From Macrostomum hystrix (taxonomy: Eukaryota; Animalia; Platyhelminthes), in the NCBI GenBank assembly GCA_950097015.1, contig CATNEN010000038.1, positions 24,800,001 to 24,864,000 on the forward strand: a stretch of DNA of 64,000 nt, read 5' to 3'. The notes beneath the pieces are model-generated. The model saw only the letters and a program-made list of their open reading frames with translations. It was not told the origin of the DNA and did not search any database. Below are positions 37,401-49,979 of this stretch, piece by piece (the stretch's first letter is position 1; every line of letters starts with the position of its first letter). Position numbers and translations under genes: made by a program.

Positions 37401-40400
37401 TCTCCCAGATCCTCAAATTAGGAATTTCACTCTCCCAGATCCTCAAATTAGGAATTTCACTCTCCCAGATCCTCAAATTAGACTGTCACTCTCCCAGATC
37501 CTCAAATTAGACTGTCACTCTCCCAGATCCTCAAATTAGACTGTCACTCTCCCAGATCCTCAAATTAGGAATGTCACTCTCCCAGATCCTCAATTAAATT
37601 AGGACTGTCACTCTCCCAGATCCTCGAATTACGAATGTCACTCTCCCAGATCCTCAAATTAGGAATTTCACTCTCCCAGATCCTCAAATTAGGAATTTCA
37701 CTCTCCCAGATCCTCAAGTTAGACTGTCACTCTCCCAGATCCTCAAATTACGAATTTCACTCTCCCAGATCCTCAAATTAGACTGTCACTCTCCCAGATC
37801 CTCAAATTAGACTGTCACTCTCCCAGATCCTCAAATTAGACTGTCACTCTCCCAGATCCTCAAATTAAATTAGGACTGTCACTCTCCCCGATCCTCAAAT
37901 TACGAATTTTACTCTCCCAGATCCTCAAATTAGACTGTCACTCTCCCAGATCCTCAATTAAATTAGGACTGACACTCTCCCAGATCCTCAAATTAGACTG
38001 TCACTCTCCCAGATCCTCAAATTAGACTGTCACTCTCCCAGATCCTCAAATTAAATTAGGACTGTCACTCTCCCCGATCCTCAAATTACGAATTTCACTC
38101 TCCCAGATCCTCAATTAAATTAGGACTGACACTCTCCCAGATCCTCAAATTAAATTAGGACTGTCACTCTCCCAGATCCTCAAATTAAATTAGGACTGTC
38201 AGTCTCCCAGATCCTCAAATTAAATTAGGACTGTCACTCTCCCAGATCCTCAAATTAGACTGTCACTCTCCCCGATCCTCAAATTAAATTAGGACTGTCA
38301 CTCTCCCCGATCCTCAAATTACGAATTTCACTCTCCCAGATCCTCAAATTAGACTGTCACTCTCCCAGATCCTCAATTAAATTAGGACTGTCACTCTCCC
38401 CGATCCTCAATAAAATTAGGACTGTCACTCTCCCCGATCCTCAATTAAATTAGGACTGTCACTCTCCCAGATCCTCAATTAAATTAGGACTGTCACTCTC
38501 CCCGATCCTCAAATTACGAATTTCACTCTCCCAGATCCTCAAATTAGACTGTCACTCTCCCAGATCCTCAATTAAATTAGGACTGTCACTCTCCCAGATC
38601 CTCAAATTACGAATTTCACTCTCCCAGATCCTCAAATTAGACTGTCACTCTCCCAGATCCTCAAATTAGACTGTCACTCTCCCAGATCCTCAAATTAGAC
38701 TGTCACTCTCCCAGATCCTCAAATTAAATTAGGACTGTCACTCTCCCCGATCCTCAAATTACGAATTTTACTCTCCCAGATCCTCAAATTAGACTGTCAC
38801 TCTCCCAGATCCTCAATTAAATTAGGACTGACACTCTCCCAGATCCTCAAATTAGACTGTCACTCTCCCAGATCCTCAAATTAGACTGTCACTCTCCCAG
38901 ATCCTCAAATTAGACTGTCACTCTCCCAGATCCTCAAATTAAATTAGGACTGTCACTCTCCCCGATCCTCAAATTACGAATTTCACTCTCCCAGATCCTC
39001 AATTAAATTAGGACTGACACTCTCCCAGATCCTCAAATTAAATTAGGACTGTCACTCTCCCAGATCCTCAAATTAAATTAGGACTGTCAGTCTCCCAGAT
39101 CCTCAAATTAAATTAGGACTGTCACTCTCCCAGATCCTCAAATTAGACTGTCACTCTCCCCGATCCTCAAATTAAATTAGGACTGTCACTCTCCCAGATC
39201 CTCAATTAAATTAGGACTGTCACTCTCCCCGATCCTCAAATTACGAATTTCACTCTCCCAGATCCTCAAATTAGACTGTCACTCTCCCAGATCCTCAATT
39301 AAATTAGGACTGTCACTCTCCCCGATCCTCAATTAAATTAGGACTGTCACTCTCCCCGATCCTCAATTAAATTAGGACTGTCACTCTCCCAGATCCTCAA
39401 TTAAATTAGGACTGTCACTCTCCCCGATCCTCAAATTACGAATTTCACTCTCCCAGATCCTCAAATTAGACTGTCACTCTCCCAGATCCTCAATTAAATT
39501 AGGACTGTCACTCTCCCAGATCCTCAAATTACGAATGTCACTCTCCCAGATCCTCAAATTAGACTGTCACTCTCCCAGATCCTCAAATTAGAAATGTCAC
39601 TCTCCCAGATCCTCAATTAAATTAGGACTGTCACTCTCCCAGATCCTCAAATTAGAAATGTCACTCTCCCAGATCCTGAATTAAATTAGGACTGTCACTC
39701 TCCCAGATTCTCAAATTACGAATGTCACTCTCCCCGATCCTCAAATTAGGAATGTCACTCTCCCAAATACTCAAATTAGGAATGTCACTCTCCCAAATAC
39801 TCAAATTAGGAATGTCACTCTCCCAAATCCTCAAATTAGGAATGTCACTCTCCCAGATCCTCAATTTAGAAATGTCACTCTCCCAGATCCTCAATTAAAT
39901 TAGGACTGTCACTCTCCCAGATCCTCAATTAAATTAGGACTGTCACTCTCCCAGATCCTCAAATTACGAATGTCACTCTCCCAGATCCTCAAATTAGAAA
40001 TGTCACTCTCCCAGATCCTCAATTAAATTAGGACTGTCACTCTCCCAAATCCTCAATTTAGAAATGTCACTCTCCCAGATTCTCAAATTAGAAATGTCAC
40101 TCCCAGATCCTCAAGTTAGAAATGTCACTCTCCCAAATCCTCAAATTAGAAATTTCACTCTCCCAGATCCTCAATTAAATTAGGACTGTCACTCTCCCAG
40201 ATCCTCAAATTACGAATGTCACTCTCCCAGATCCTCAAATTAGACTGTCACTCTCCCAGATCCTCAAATTAGAAATTTCACTCTCCCAGATCCTCAATTA
40301 AATTAGGACTGTCACTCTCCCAGATCCTCAAATTAGAAATTTCACTCTTCCAGATCCTCAATTAAATTAGGACTGTCACTCTCCCAAATCCTCAAATTAG

Positions 40401-40929
40401 AAATTTCACTCTCCCAGATCCTCAATTAAATTAGGACTGTCACTCTCCTAGATCCTCAAATTACGAATGTCACTCTCCCAGATTCTCAAATTAGAAATGT
40501 CACTCTCCCAGATCCTCAAATTAGAAATGTCACTCTCCCAGATCCTCAAATTAGACTGTCACTCTCCCAGATCCTCAAATTAGGAATGTCAGTCTCCTAG
40601 ATCCTCAAGTTAGACTGTCACTCTCCCAGATCCTGAGATTTCCTGAGTCTCAAGTCAGAGTTTAATGCTCAGTACTGTTTGAGCAGCTGTTGTGCATCCA
40701 TTTTTCAAACCAAAAAACTGCGCAGACACTTTGCGGCTTCTCGGACCTTCAAGAAAGCATCCGGCGTCAGAGATCATCGGGCAGTCGCGCCAGTCAGGTG
40801 ATCAAAAGGCGCCAGTTGGAACGTCTGGCCCGTCGTAGTCGATGGTTCGCGTCGAATCCTGCTAGTAGCTCGTCTGCTGGCGCCGCCGTTGCTGCGGCTA
40901 GCACAGCTAGTGACGATGGAGACCGATGA
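28488..40929 (+). CDS. RhoGAP-domain protein, 6 coding exons, ~415 aa
   Basis: Exons 28488-28960, 33653-33821, 34027-34180, 34484-34537, 35525-35718, 40726-40929; all GT-AG and phase-consistent. Arginine-finger motif DLFRRPGN, followed by WTAANVAKRFLLALPGG and LESLPQ. The start codon is uncertain (upstream acceptor near 28310). Confidence 0.8.
29065..33215. repeat. 23-bp satellite in RhoGAP intron
   Basis: Unit cctgaacttccacatccttcaag, ~180 copies. Confidence 0.95.
34187..34455. repeat. 22-bp minisatellite filling a RhoGAP intron
   Basis: Unit gattccttgtgtcactccctct, starting 6 nt after the donor at 34181. Confidence 0.9.
34888..35338. repeat. 41-bp minisatellite in RhoGAP intron
   Basis: Unit catccgactcatctaactcagtgtacacctatgatgatgta, ~11 copies. 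Confidence 0.92.
35812..40635. repeat. 29-35-bp satellite in the last RhoGAP intron
   Basis: Core gtcactctcccagatcctcaaatta plus variable linker (gact, ggaat, cgaat, aattaggact). Confidence 0.95.
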
Positions 40930-42934
40930 AATGTTGAATAAATGTTGACGGCCTGGCCAATCACTGGTTAGTCATGCCTGACTGACTGGCTTTGAATTGC
41001 TCAGCTTGACTAATTTATTTTTGGGTCTAACTGGCAGATTGGCGAAATAAATTGTATGTATTTCCCATTTATACCAGGGCTAGGGCAATAAATGCTTGAG
41101 TGCGTCGTTTAGAACATTAGAACATAGACTACTGCACCAGTGCAACTGGGGGATACATTACTCACTCTTATTTGAACTTTATTAGTAACGGTAAAGACCA
41201 GGAAGATATTTTAAATATCCACTGCCTACTTCTCGATAACTCCCAAACCGAATGACCGAGTTCGCGTGAAAGGCCACCCACAATTTCATGGCGATTAGTC
41301 AATTTGTTTTAGATACAGAAATATTATGTCCGGTGGTTATTCTACTGTTAACACGAATGCGAGTATAAATATTTTATTAGGAAAAATACTTTCATCACAT
41401 GTTTAATTAAAAATACGGGGATAAGTGTAAATTTTTTGTAGCTTTATTCACACGTGTGTCACTTTCACAAGAACGGGCTTGATGTTTGTGATTTATTACT
41501 TTTCTCTCCTCATCTTGCGTGTATTTTATCTACCTGACAATGATTTTGAGGACTAGGCCAGTCTTGGTAGATTTGGTGCGTTTTCTGTTTCACCTCAAAT
41601 GTGTTTTTGTTGTATAAATTTTTAACCAGTCTGTGTGCGAGAGAATGTGTCAGCTCAATATGCAAATAATCGATAAATTTGTAGCTATTTATTTTCATTT
41701 ATTGGTGTTATTTCAGGTGTCAAAAATACATTTTTTCATTCCTCTAAATAAAAGTTCATTCCCGACATGGCAATTTCGGTTTCTTTTAATAGAACTTTTC
41801 AGTGTCATAAAATTATTTTTTTACCTCTGTTATCAGTTTAAGAATCACGTGTTTGTATATTGAAGCTTGTTACGTATTCATAATTGTTTTCACACCTGTT
41901 TAACTTTGGGGTTGGTTTTGGCCGGTTGGGCTGTTGTTTTTCACACCTATGCAATTAGGCACTTAAGCGAGATATTCTAGAATTAGTTTTGACATCTGTA
42001 CAATTAATAATTATCTGCTGGGTATTAGGTGACAGTTTTCACACCTGTGCAATTTGCAACTAGATTTATGATCGTGTATTTTTATCTAAATACACGTTTG
42101 TTGAAATTACGCTACTTAATTGTCTGTCTGTTCCGTCTATCTTTTCGTACGTTTTTTGTCCGCTTCCAGTAAAACAAATCTTTCTATTCCGCTCATTGAA
42201 AGCTTTTTCTTACTGTTTTTATGATTTAAATTTTAAAGTTACAAGAATGATGTTTTTTTTCTTAAGTAACAAGCTCTGTTTTGTCCTGGTCTTTGTAGCT
42301 ATCTTCCAAATGCGAATTAACGCTCTACTCAGTACTGAACGATTAATATACTACTTCAAGTACTAATCAATAGTCCTGCAAATCAAAGTCTTTTTTGTGC
42401 AATAAATTTTACTCTGCATTATTTGCTTTAACTTATTTCTCTGCGAAATCTTCAATAAGCATCAGCTTTTGTTATTAGGAAAAACTGATTAATTCTATAC
42501 AGCTTTTTGCCTGGCTATAATGTAGGCCTTGCTGGTTCAGACTAGTCTCTCCTACATTTTGTAGTATTTGCCCATTTATTTAAGGTTGGATAAGTAAAAC
42601 AGTTAAATGTTCTTTCGGATTTTTATCTCTGTCAGTCTAAGGCAGGGGTCTTTTGTTAAAAATGTCTATTTTTCATATTTTTGCTTTACCATAAAAAATT
42701 TCTATATCTGTTGAAATCAACGAAACTTGAAAAAATTAATAACCGTTTTGTTATAATAAAGAGAAAATATTTATAGAAGTGTACTTTCTTTAGAAGTACG
42801 ACATGTGTTGGTGTTATAATTATTGCCAAGTGCAGCTTTTTTATTTGTTCTGCTTTTGTCGACTATATATTGACCAGAGGAGTACCTGAAAAGGAATGAA
42901 AAAGTACCTGAATGAGGAATGAAGAAGTGCCTGA

Positions 42935-43025
42935 ATGAGATCTTGAATCAGCAGTTGAGATCTTGAATCAGCAGGTGAGATCTTGAATCAGCAGTTGAGA
43001 TCTTGAATCAGCAGGTGAGATCTTT
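42935..43025. repeat. 20-bp short tandem repeat
   Basis: Unit tgagatcttgaatcagcag(t/g), ~4.5 copies. Confidence 0.85.
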
Positions 43026-43111
43026 TAGACTGTGCTCTGAATTTTTATGGCGATTGGTTGAATAATCTAAGAGATACACAGACAATTGGTCCATGCACTT
43101 TCTACTGTGAA

Positions 43112-44140
43112 TCATTGCCAGCCCACGCAGACGAAGAACTGATCGCCAGGCCGCTCATTGAAGCTGTTCGGCACCCGATCCGCTGACAGGCGATGGCAAA
43201 CTGACTGGCTGGCCGAGTAGATGAACGCGCGGCAGCCTTCGGCGCAGAGCAGCAGGCACTGAATCGCACCCACCGTGGCCGCGCTGCGAACCGCGCTCAT
43301 CGGTACCAGATTGTCCTTCACCATCGGTCTTTGCTTAAAGCAGGTGCACACTTCTGCAGGTGCAGGGGTGCGTGCAGCTGGTCTGGCTATTTCTCTTGTC
43401 TACCTCTCTCTCTCCTCTCTCTCTTGTCTCTCTTTTCTACCTCTCTCTCTCATCTCTTTTGTCTACCTCTCTCTCTCATCTCTTTTGTCTACCTCTCTCT
43501 CTTTCTTGTCTACCTCTCTCTAGTCTACCTCTCTCTCGTCTCTTGTGTCTACCTCTCTCTCTCGTGTCTACCTCTCTCGTGTCTACGAGTACCTCTCTCT
43601 CTCGTGTCTACTTCTCTCTCGTGTCTACCTCTCTCTCTCTTGTCTACCTCTCTCAAGTCTACCTCTCTTTCCTGTCTACCTCACTACTCCCCAGTCGAAC
43701 TCTCTACTCCCCTGTCTACCTCTCTCTCAGGTGGTCAGGCAGTCAAACTCACTCGAGTAGGTTATCCAGTAGACAGCGTTCCGACTGCCGCCTCCGCAGA
43801 ATTCGGCAGAATTTCCGGAGCAGGTGTTTTGGCACTCGCTCTCATAACAGGTGCCATGCTTGCCGTACGCATTTCCACAATAGCACTCTTTAGCGTTCTG
43901 CGCTCCGAAATAGGAGAAATTTCCCAAAGCGCAGATATTGTAACAAAACTGCAGCGTCATAGAATTGCTTCGGACACTGCCACTGACGTCCACATCGTAG
44001 CTGCCTATTGTGCTGCGATTCGCCAAGCCCTGCAAGTCGCGATTATTCTGGTTGTCGCAGTAGCAGCCAACGTAGGTAAACTTTCCAGCCTCAATTGCTG
44101 CCAAGCTGGCGAGGAAAACTAGCGACAAAATCTGCAGCAT
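43112..44140 (-). CDS. Secreted WSC-domain plus PAN/apple-domain protein, 2 exons, ~209 aa
   Basis: Exon 1 is 44140-43753: signal peptide MLQILSLVFLASLAAIEA and WSC motifs YVGCYCD, MTLQFCYNIC, ECYCGN, CSGNSAEFCGG, NAVY. Exon 2 is 43353-43112: CLLLCAEGCRAFIY...CHRL, a PAN-type Cys pattern. Phase-1 GT-AG intron. Confidence 0.85.
43390..43727. repeat. CT-rich repeat filling the WSC-gene intron
   Basis: gtctacctctctct motifs with variable (CT)n. Confidence 0.85.
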
Positions 44141-45034
44141 CGAGGAGAAAGTTGAAGAGAGAAATGTTTTAGACAATTCCTCTTTTGAGTCCTAAGCTTT
44201 TTCTACTAAAAATGACGACAATGAAAACTGCTCAGGGTTATGTGAGCATTTTTCCATCTATGGGTTGCTATGCGGTTGCTAAGTTGCTAAACGAACGCAT
44301 CAAGGCCTTTTTTAAGAACAAAAGTTGCTTAATCCTCAGTTGAAGAGAGTGAAATCATCTGCACTGTTCTTAGGCCAACAGTGCGATGAAGACACAAGCC
44401 TTTAAAGGGACGGGAAAATATGTTTCTTAGAAAAAAGGTTTAGGAGGCTGCTTTTTGACGAAAAAGCGTACTACGCGCGGAATGTAAATTTTCTGCATGG
44501 CGGATCCAAGGCTCGTATTTTATCGCTAGTTTATTGATTTCTAGCTTCGTCGATTTCTGCCAAGTTTTTGTTAAACTTATTTTTCATACTTTCTCTCCAC
44601 GCCCCCTATACCGAGCGCCAAAAAATTATTAATTAGCTCCTGAAAAGAAACACTCGGAGTTAATTAATTAATTTATTTTCTTGTAAACTTGCTCTCTAGA
44701 CTCTAGCCTTATGGTCCTTATTTATTACATAGTGCTTAGACCCTCTTAATTTCTCCATAGTGTATTTTTCAACGAAAACAAGTTATTGGAATATATCAGA
44801 AAGCTAAATATGTTAAGTTTCTTATGAAGCAGTATGCCGTGCGTGCTTAGTTAAAATTATAGCACAATCTAGTGGAAATCAACAGTAGAGATGAACACGC
44901 GGGGATATTTCAAATATCCATATTTTTCTTTTGTTGTATCTCCTCAAATATACTATTTTGCAATTGAATTCGCCGAACCTGCAAAACAATTCCCCAACGA
45001 AGCCAATGTGGTCTAAAAATAGCAAGCCCATAGA

Positions 45035-45650
45035 CAGTAGGACTACCAAGCCATTTTGCCGCCCGTTTTTATACAAAGGGGGTGGGAAATCCCCCCCTGA
45101 AAATGTTTTTGCCAGCGCCTGAATGCTTCGGGGGTGACTGATTGGTTGACAGACTAGTCGAGGGTGTCCTGTGGTTGAGCTGCGCCTAATAGTTAGGCTT
45201 GAACAGTGAAATTGGAGAAATTCGCGTCAGGGTGTCCATAGTGGCCTAGTTCCACCTGTTGTAGCTCTTGAAGGTCTAGACAGATCAGAGAGATAGATCT
45301 AGATAAAGGTCGGTGACCGCCGAAGTCGGAGATGATGCAAGCACATTCGGGTGACATGCTGATAAAGTTTGAAGGTCTGGAAAGGCCGCACTGAGGCGCA
45401 GTGCAAATTCGTGTATAGGGGTGTATTAAATACACTAGCTCTTATGGGAAAAATCGGACCTTCGGCCAGAAACATTGAATATCTCGACGGTCTGAAGAGC
45501 TGGCGACTTGTTTCTTGTTTCAGAAGATGCGCAACAAAAAGTTGGCCCGTGTTCTTGAGTTTCGTGTGCTTGCATTGTTCCGTTTGGGTGCAGCAAAACA
45601 AATTGTCAGGGGGGGCGGGAATTCCCCCCCCCTTGGTAGCTCTACAGCTG
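45035..45650. mobile_element. Non-autonomous DNA transposon family C, copy 2
   Basis: Collinear with 17799-18329 (ctgattggttgacagactag, gcacattcgggtgacatgctgat, aaggccgcactgaggcgcagtgc, ttgaatatctcgacggtctgaagag); same termini. Confidence 0.8.
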
Positions 45651-45778
45651 TTAAGCTAAAAGTCGAGATTGAATTCGCCGGAATTGCATTTGAATTCGCA
45701 CTGGTGACGTGCATGTCTTTATGTTGCCAAAATCGCAGCAATTTAAATTCGGCAGTCCTTCTCTATCCTGTTTTCAAA

Positions 45779-45915
45779 ATGCTGAGAGGACGGTACAATC
45801 CAGTATCGACGACGGATGGATTGCGCCTGACACGATCGTATGATGAAGGCACAGATCGGATTCGGCTGGCTGAAACCTTGGAAATCAACATGCGCACGGC
45901 AACGATATGCTGCAG
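45779..45915 (+). pseudogene. Possible degenerate transposase N-terminal HTH fragment (Tc1/IS630-like)
   Basis: MLRGRYNPVSTTDGLRLTRSYDEGTDRIRLAETLEINMRTATIC resembles a transposase HTH (D..RL...Y.EG.....LA..L.I..RTA). No catalytic domain follows. Judged by eye only. Confidence 0.35.
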
Positions 45916-46737
45916 AGGGATCGGCTTCTTGAGAGACTACCCCGAGGAGGCGTTTTTCACATTTCACACAAAGTAACTTCTACTCGTATTTGGTCTCTTC
46001 AGCACAGCAATTTTTGTTTGCGTCCGCTCTGTGAAATACGGACTTTGTCCTTGCCTTAGATCTTCGCCGGTGCCGACGCCGAGTCCGCCGCAATGCAATT
46101 ATAAAAATGCTGTCTAGTGTCGAGAGATTTATGGCCCTGTAAATTTATGACCCTATAGCACAGAATAATAATAATAATAAATCAGCTAATAGGATAGCGC
46201 CGACACTTTCTCATCCAGCCGCTCTTGAAGCTCCAATCTTATTATATTAAAAATATAATATATTTAATATTATGTATACAGGGAACGAGATCACGTCACA
46301 CAACTTTGTTTAAGTAACAGAAATGCCTTGCGGAAATTACGGAAAAAATGCTAGACGAAATTGAAGTTACTTATAGTTTGAAATAGAACTTGAAAACCAA
46401 TATTACCATAAGTGATAAGGAAACCAACACGAAATTTAAGCAGATCAGCGTTAGTTAGGCCTTGTTCTTTTTTGTGCACGTACGCATTTACCTATGTTTA
46501 GCTATAGGTGATAAGCCAACTCTCATGCAGGGTACGAAAAGATACTCTAACCATATAGGACGCTGTGGAATAAGTGCCACTTACAGATTCTGTGCATGTT
46601 AGTGCATTTATTTGTACAGTCGTATCCGCTTCTGTGTATATATACAGTATTAAGCATGTAACAATTCACAGAATCCTATAGTCTTCCTTGCCATTCTAGT
46701 CATTGCTAATGGTCTTCAAAGATAATTATTTTCTGCA

Positions 46738-49096
46738 ATGCAAATTTTCGCAGCAGCTGTCAGCGTGTTGCTCTTTTGTTGCCAGTGTACTGAGCCAACT
46801 TTCGCATTTGGATTAAGGGAAATTTGGAAGTCAGGTAAACCAACACAAAGTTTCATATTTTACACAGGTGAAATTACTTAGTGGGTTGAAAAATTCCTCA
46901 CGGAATGACTCTCCAACAGGTAAATGACTCTCCAACAGGTAAATGACTGTCCAACAGGTAAATGACTGTCCAACAGGTAAATGACCCTCCAACAGATGAA
47001 TGACCCTCCAACAGATGAATGACCCTTTAACAGTTAAATAACTCTCCAGAAGGTAAATGACCATCCAACAGGTGAATGACCCTTCAACAGGTGAATGTCC
47101 CACCAACAGGTGAATGAATCTTAAAGAGGTCAATGACTATCGAACAGGTGAATGATCCTGCAACAGGTAAATGACCCTCCAAAAGGTGAATGACCCTTCA
47201 ATAGGTACCACGATTGTCTTGATTTACATAGGAAAAGTTGTGCAAATCATCATCGCCCATATTTGTCAACGCAGGTTCATCTGCTGGGTCGTCCTGCATT
47301 GTCGAGTTTAGCGAAGGCACACTGGATTTGACTCCGCTAGCCTCAGCCGTGAAGCCTCAATTTGAAAACTTTTCTATCGTATATTTTCCGACTCCGCACG
47401 CTCGCCCCTACGTGTTGTCCTACAATCCGTGCAGCCCTTTCGACTGCCAGAACAGTTCGACTGACAACATTTGTGCCTTTGACTCGGTGCTTAGAAATTT
47501 TAGCTACCGATTAGGTAATCGATTAATTTTTTTGTATGTGTCTTGCGCACTTTGTTAATTAGCTTTGGGAGGTCGAAAGTTCGATTCTTCCTACTTTTTA
47601 ACACTACTTAGACTACTAAAGTTTTGAAGGCTCATTTTAGACATGATTTAATGTACATTGGCGATTTTTTAATTAAGTTAGTCATGTCCTCCTTAGAAAT
47701 AGATAAAATATAATAGATATAATAGATAAAATTTTGCGCTTGTTAAGGTAACTTAATACATAATACATTACTCCCGTTATAAAAATTATTATAATTAATT
47801 ATTTGTTACACCTGCCCCAATTGGGCCAGATGTGCAGCCGTCAGCACAGCCACAGCTATTGCGCGGCGCATCTGAAGGCTGCGTACAGCTGTTCAGTCCA
47901 TGGACTGGGGGACGCCACACCCACCTTCAACTATCCCAGCTAATAGGATATAATAATCCCAGGAACCCATTTAACAGCTGGGTGAACTGAAGCAATGCAG
48001 AGTTAAGGGTCTTGCTAAAGAACACAGATTGTTTCTGTGGATTCGGGAATCGAACCCCCGACCTTCAAGACGTGAGTCCGACGCTCTAACCACTAGGCTA
48101 CAACCTCTTTATCCCGTAATACAATGCCACGAGATTAGCGGTTCAATTTCCTGTGAAGTGTGTGGCATTCAAAACTTGTTTGATAAAACGGGAGTTTTGC
48201 GCATAATATTACGAGCCTAAAAATAAAAATTGCAGGAGGGCTGCGGGCAATGGCACATAATTTGGTGACACTAGACCCGCAGCCAGCGTGGAGGCAATTC
48301 TGCCTATTTCGCTGACTCCTGAATACCGTACGCAGGCACACGCTCACACAGGTGTGTACATCTGACCTCACTTTCTCATCGTCAGGCAGTGTACAATTCA
48401 CTGTGCTTTGGAGGTTGGCCCTGAAGGGCGTAAATTGCACGACAAGCCCCCAAGCCTTGTCTCCGCGACTGCGACCCAATTTAATCTGGCTTCGCCACGG
48501 AATCGAACTCAGGAACCTTGGTGCGAGAGGCAGACGCGTTAACTGCTCTGCCACTGCACCCTCCACCAACTGGGCTATAGGACATGTAATTTGTCTCTCT
48601 CTGTTTATTAAAATATTTGACAGGTAGTCAAAACACAAGCACATTCGAGGGTCTCCCACCTGACAGCCTATCACTGACCTACGTCGGCACCGACAAGCTT
48701 TTTAATAGGTTAATCACCAGTTCAGTGAAGCTTGTCTGCAATGCAACTGCTCACGGCTACATAAGCAATGTAAGCCTGACAGTTGAAATCAGCATTTTTA
48801 CATTGAAATTCGAGTTGCACTCTCGGCACTGCTGTCTGAAGAGCCGCACGCCATCGAGCCGGGGTTGGAGTGCGGGCGACATCATCCTGCTAGTCTTCTT
48901 CCTAGCCGTTGCCGCGTACATCCTTGTGATGTTGCTGATAAATGCATTCGTTTATCAAAGACAGGGTTGCGATCTATTGCCGCATAAGAACGCCTGGTCT
49001 GGACTGGCTTGTCTAGTCAGAGACGGTTGCGTCTTCAGTTTTAAATCGGTGCGCGCCTGCCTGTGCTTTGGTAGGGAGAATTATTCGCAAATCTGA
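46738..49096 (+). CDS. Cation-dependent mannose-6-phosphate receptor/ATG27-like type I membrane protein, 3 exons, ~269 aa
   Basis: Exons 46738-46834, 47275-47514, 48624-49096. Signal peptide, MRH-like lumenal domain (LDLTPL, YNPCSPFDC, VKLVC, FELHSRHCC), TM helix, juxtamembrane G.DLLPHK.AW..L..LVRDGC, and terminal YxxPhi motif YSQI. Confidence 0.8.
46903..47206. repeat. 19-bp minisatellite in M6PR-like intron 1
   Basis: Unit caacaggt(a/g)aatgac(t/c)ctc, ~16 diverged copies. Confidence 0.88.
47805..48107 (-). mobile_element. SINE family B copy
   Basis: Reverse complement of 52088-52380 over its whole length; lies in intron 2 of the M6PR-like gene. Confidence 0.85.
48230..48560 (-). mobile_element. 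tRNA-derived SINE, family A, full length
   Basis: Minus strand starts GGTGCAGTGGCAGAGCAGTTAACGCG...GAGTTCGATTCC (A and B boxes). Internal GTACACTGCCTGACGATGAGAAAG block; 3' stem GGCTGCGGG/CCCGCAGCC; AT-rich tail. Confidence 0.8.
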
Positions 49097-49709
49097 CAAT
49101 TCCTGTTATTTTTTTGCATTGGATTTCCAGATAACACTCTAATTACGAGCTAAATCCAAAAGGAAAAAAACTTCCAGAAATACAAAACATAAACATCGTC
49201 GAGTTTCTCGTTTCATTGATTCTAGCGGGGTGTCTGGTGGCGAAAACTAAACAATCAATCACTAACCAATCCGATCAATAACCAACCGATCAAACTAACC
49301 ACTAACCAATTAATAGGCATTATTTTTGCCCACAAAAATATTCTTACCGCTTCTGTTACCGTATTTTCTGAACAGCGTAAAACCCGAAAAACAAGTCTTA
49401 AAAGCCGCCATTTTCCTCTCTACGGTAGTGTTGAGGAGGTTTCAATTGTTTTGGAAATGATTTAATAAATATATTATTTATTCAAATCATTGTTTTTTAC
49501 AAATTCTTGCTCTTGAATCATGGCATTGTAGCTCAAATCAAGAGAAATGAAACTATTTTCAATATGAAATATGTTTATTTGCCAATACGTAAACTTTGAA
49601 TGTGTTTTAAATGAACAAAATAATAGCATCAAATAAAGCTTATTCATTTTTTACTCCAGTAAATAAAAATACATGTACCACTATAAATAGTCTACCGTTC
49701 TAGTCGGGT

Positions 49710-49979
49710 ATGCTGATCCCATACACATGCTGATCCCGTACACATGCTGATCCCGTACACATGCTGATCCCGTACACATGCTGATCCCGTACACATGCTG
49801 ATCCCGTACACATGCTGATCCCGTACACATGCTGATCCCGTACACATGCTGATCCCGTACACATGCTGATCCCGTACACATGCTGATCCCGTACACATGC
49901 TGATCCCGTACACATGCTGATCCCGTACACATGCTGATCCCGTACACATGCTGATCCCGTACACATGCTGATCCCGTAC
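49710..49979. repeat. 17-bp near-perfect minisatellite
   Basis: Unit atgctgatcccgtacac, ~16 copies. Confidence 0.95.

Noticed and set aside
41887-42055. CRISPR-like repeat-spacer arrangement (and other arrays as CRISPR)
   Set aside because: Eukaryotic context, only four imperfect ~19-bp motifs and no cas genes. The other arrays lack unique spacers.
48370-48390. Minimal hammerhead CUGACGA-UGA-GAAA on the SINE A sense strand
   Set aside because: No stem III/NUH can form. In other copies CCTGAC pairs with GTCAGG as a plain hairpin, and one copy has CUGACAA.
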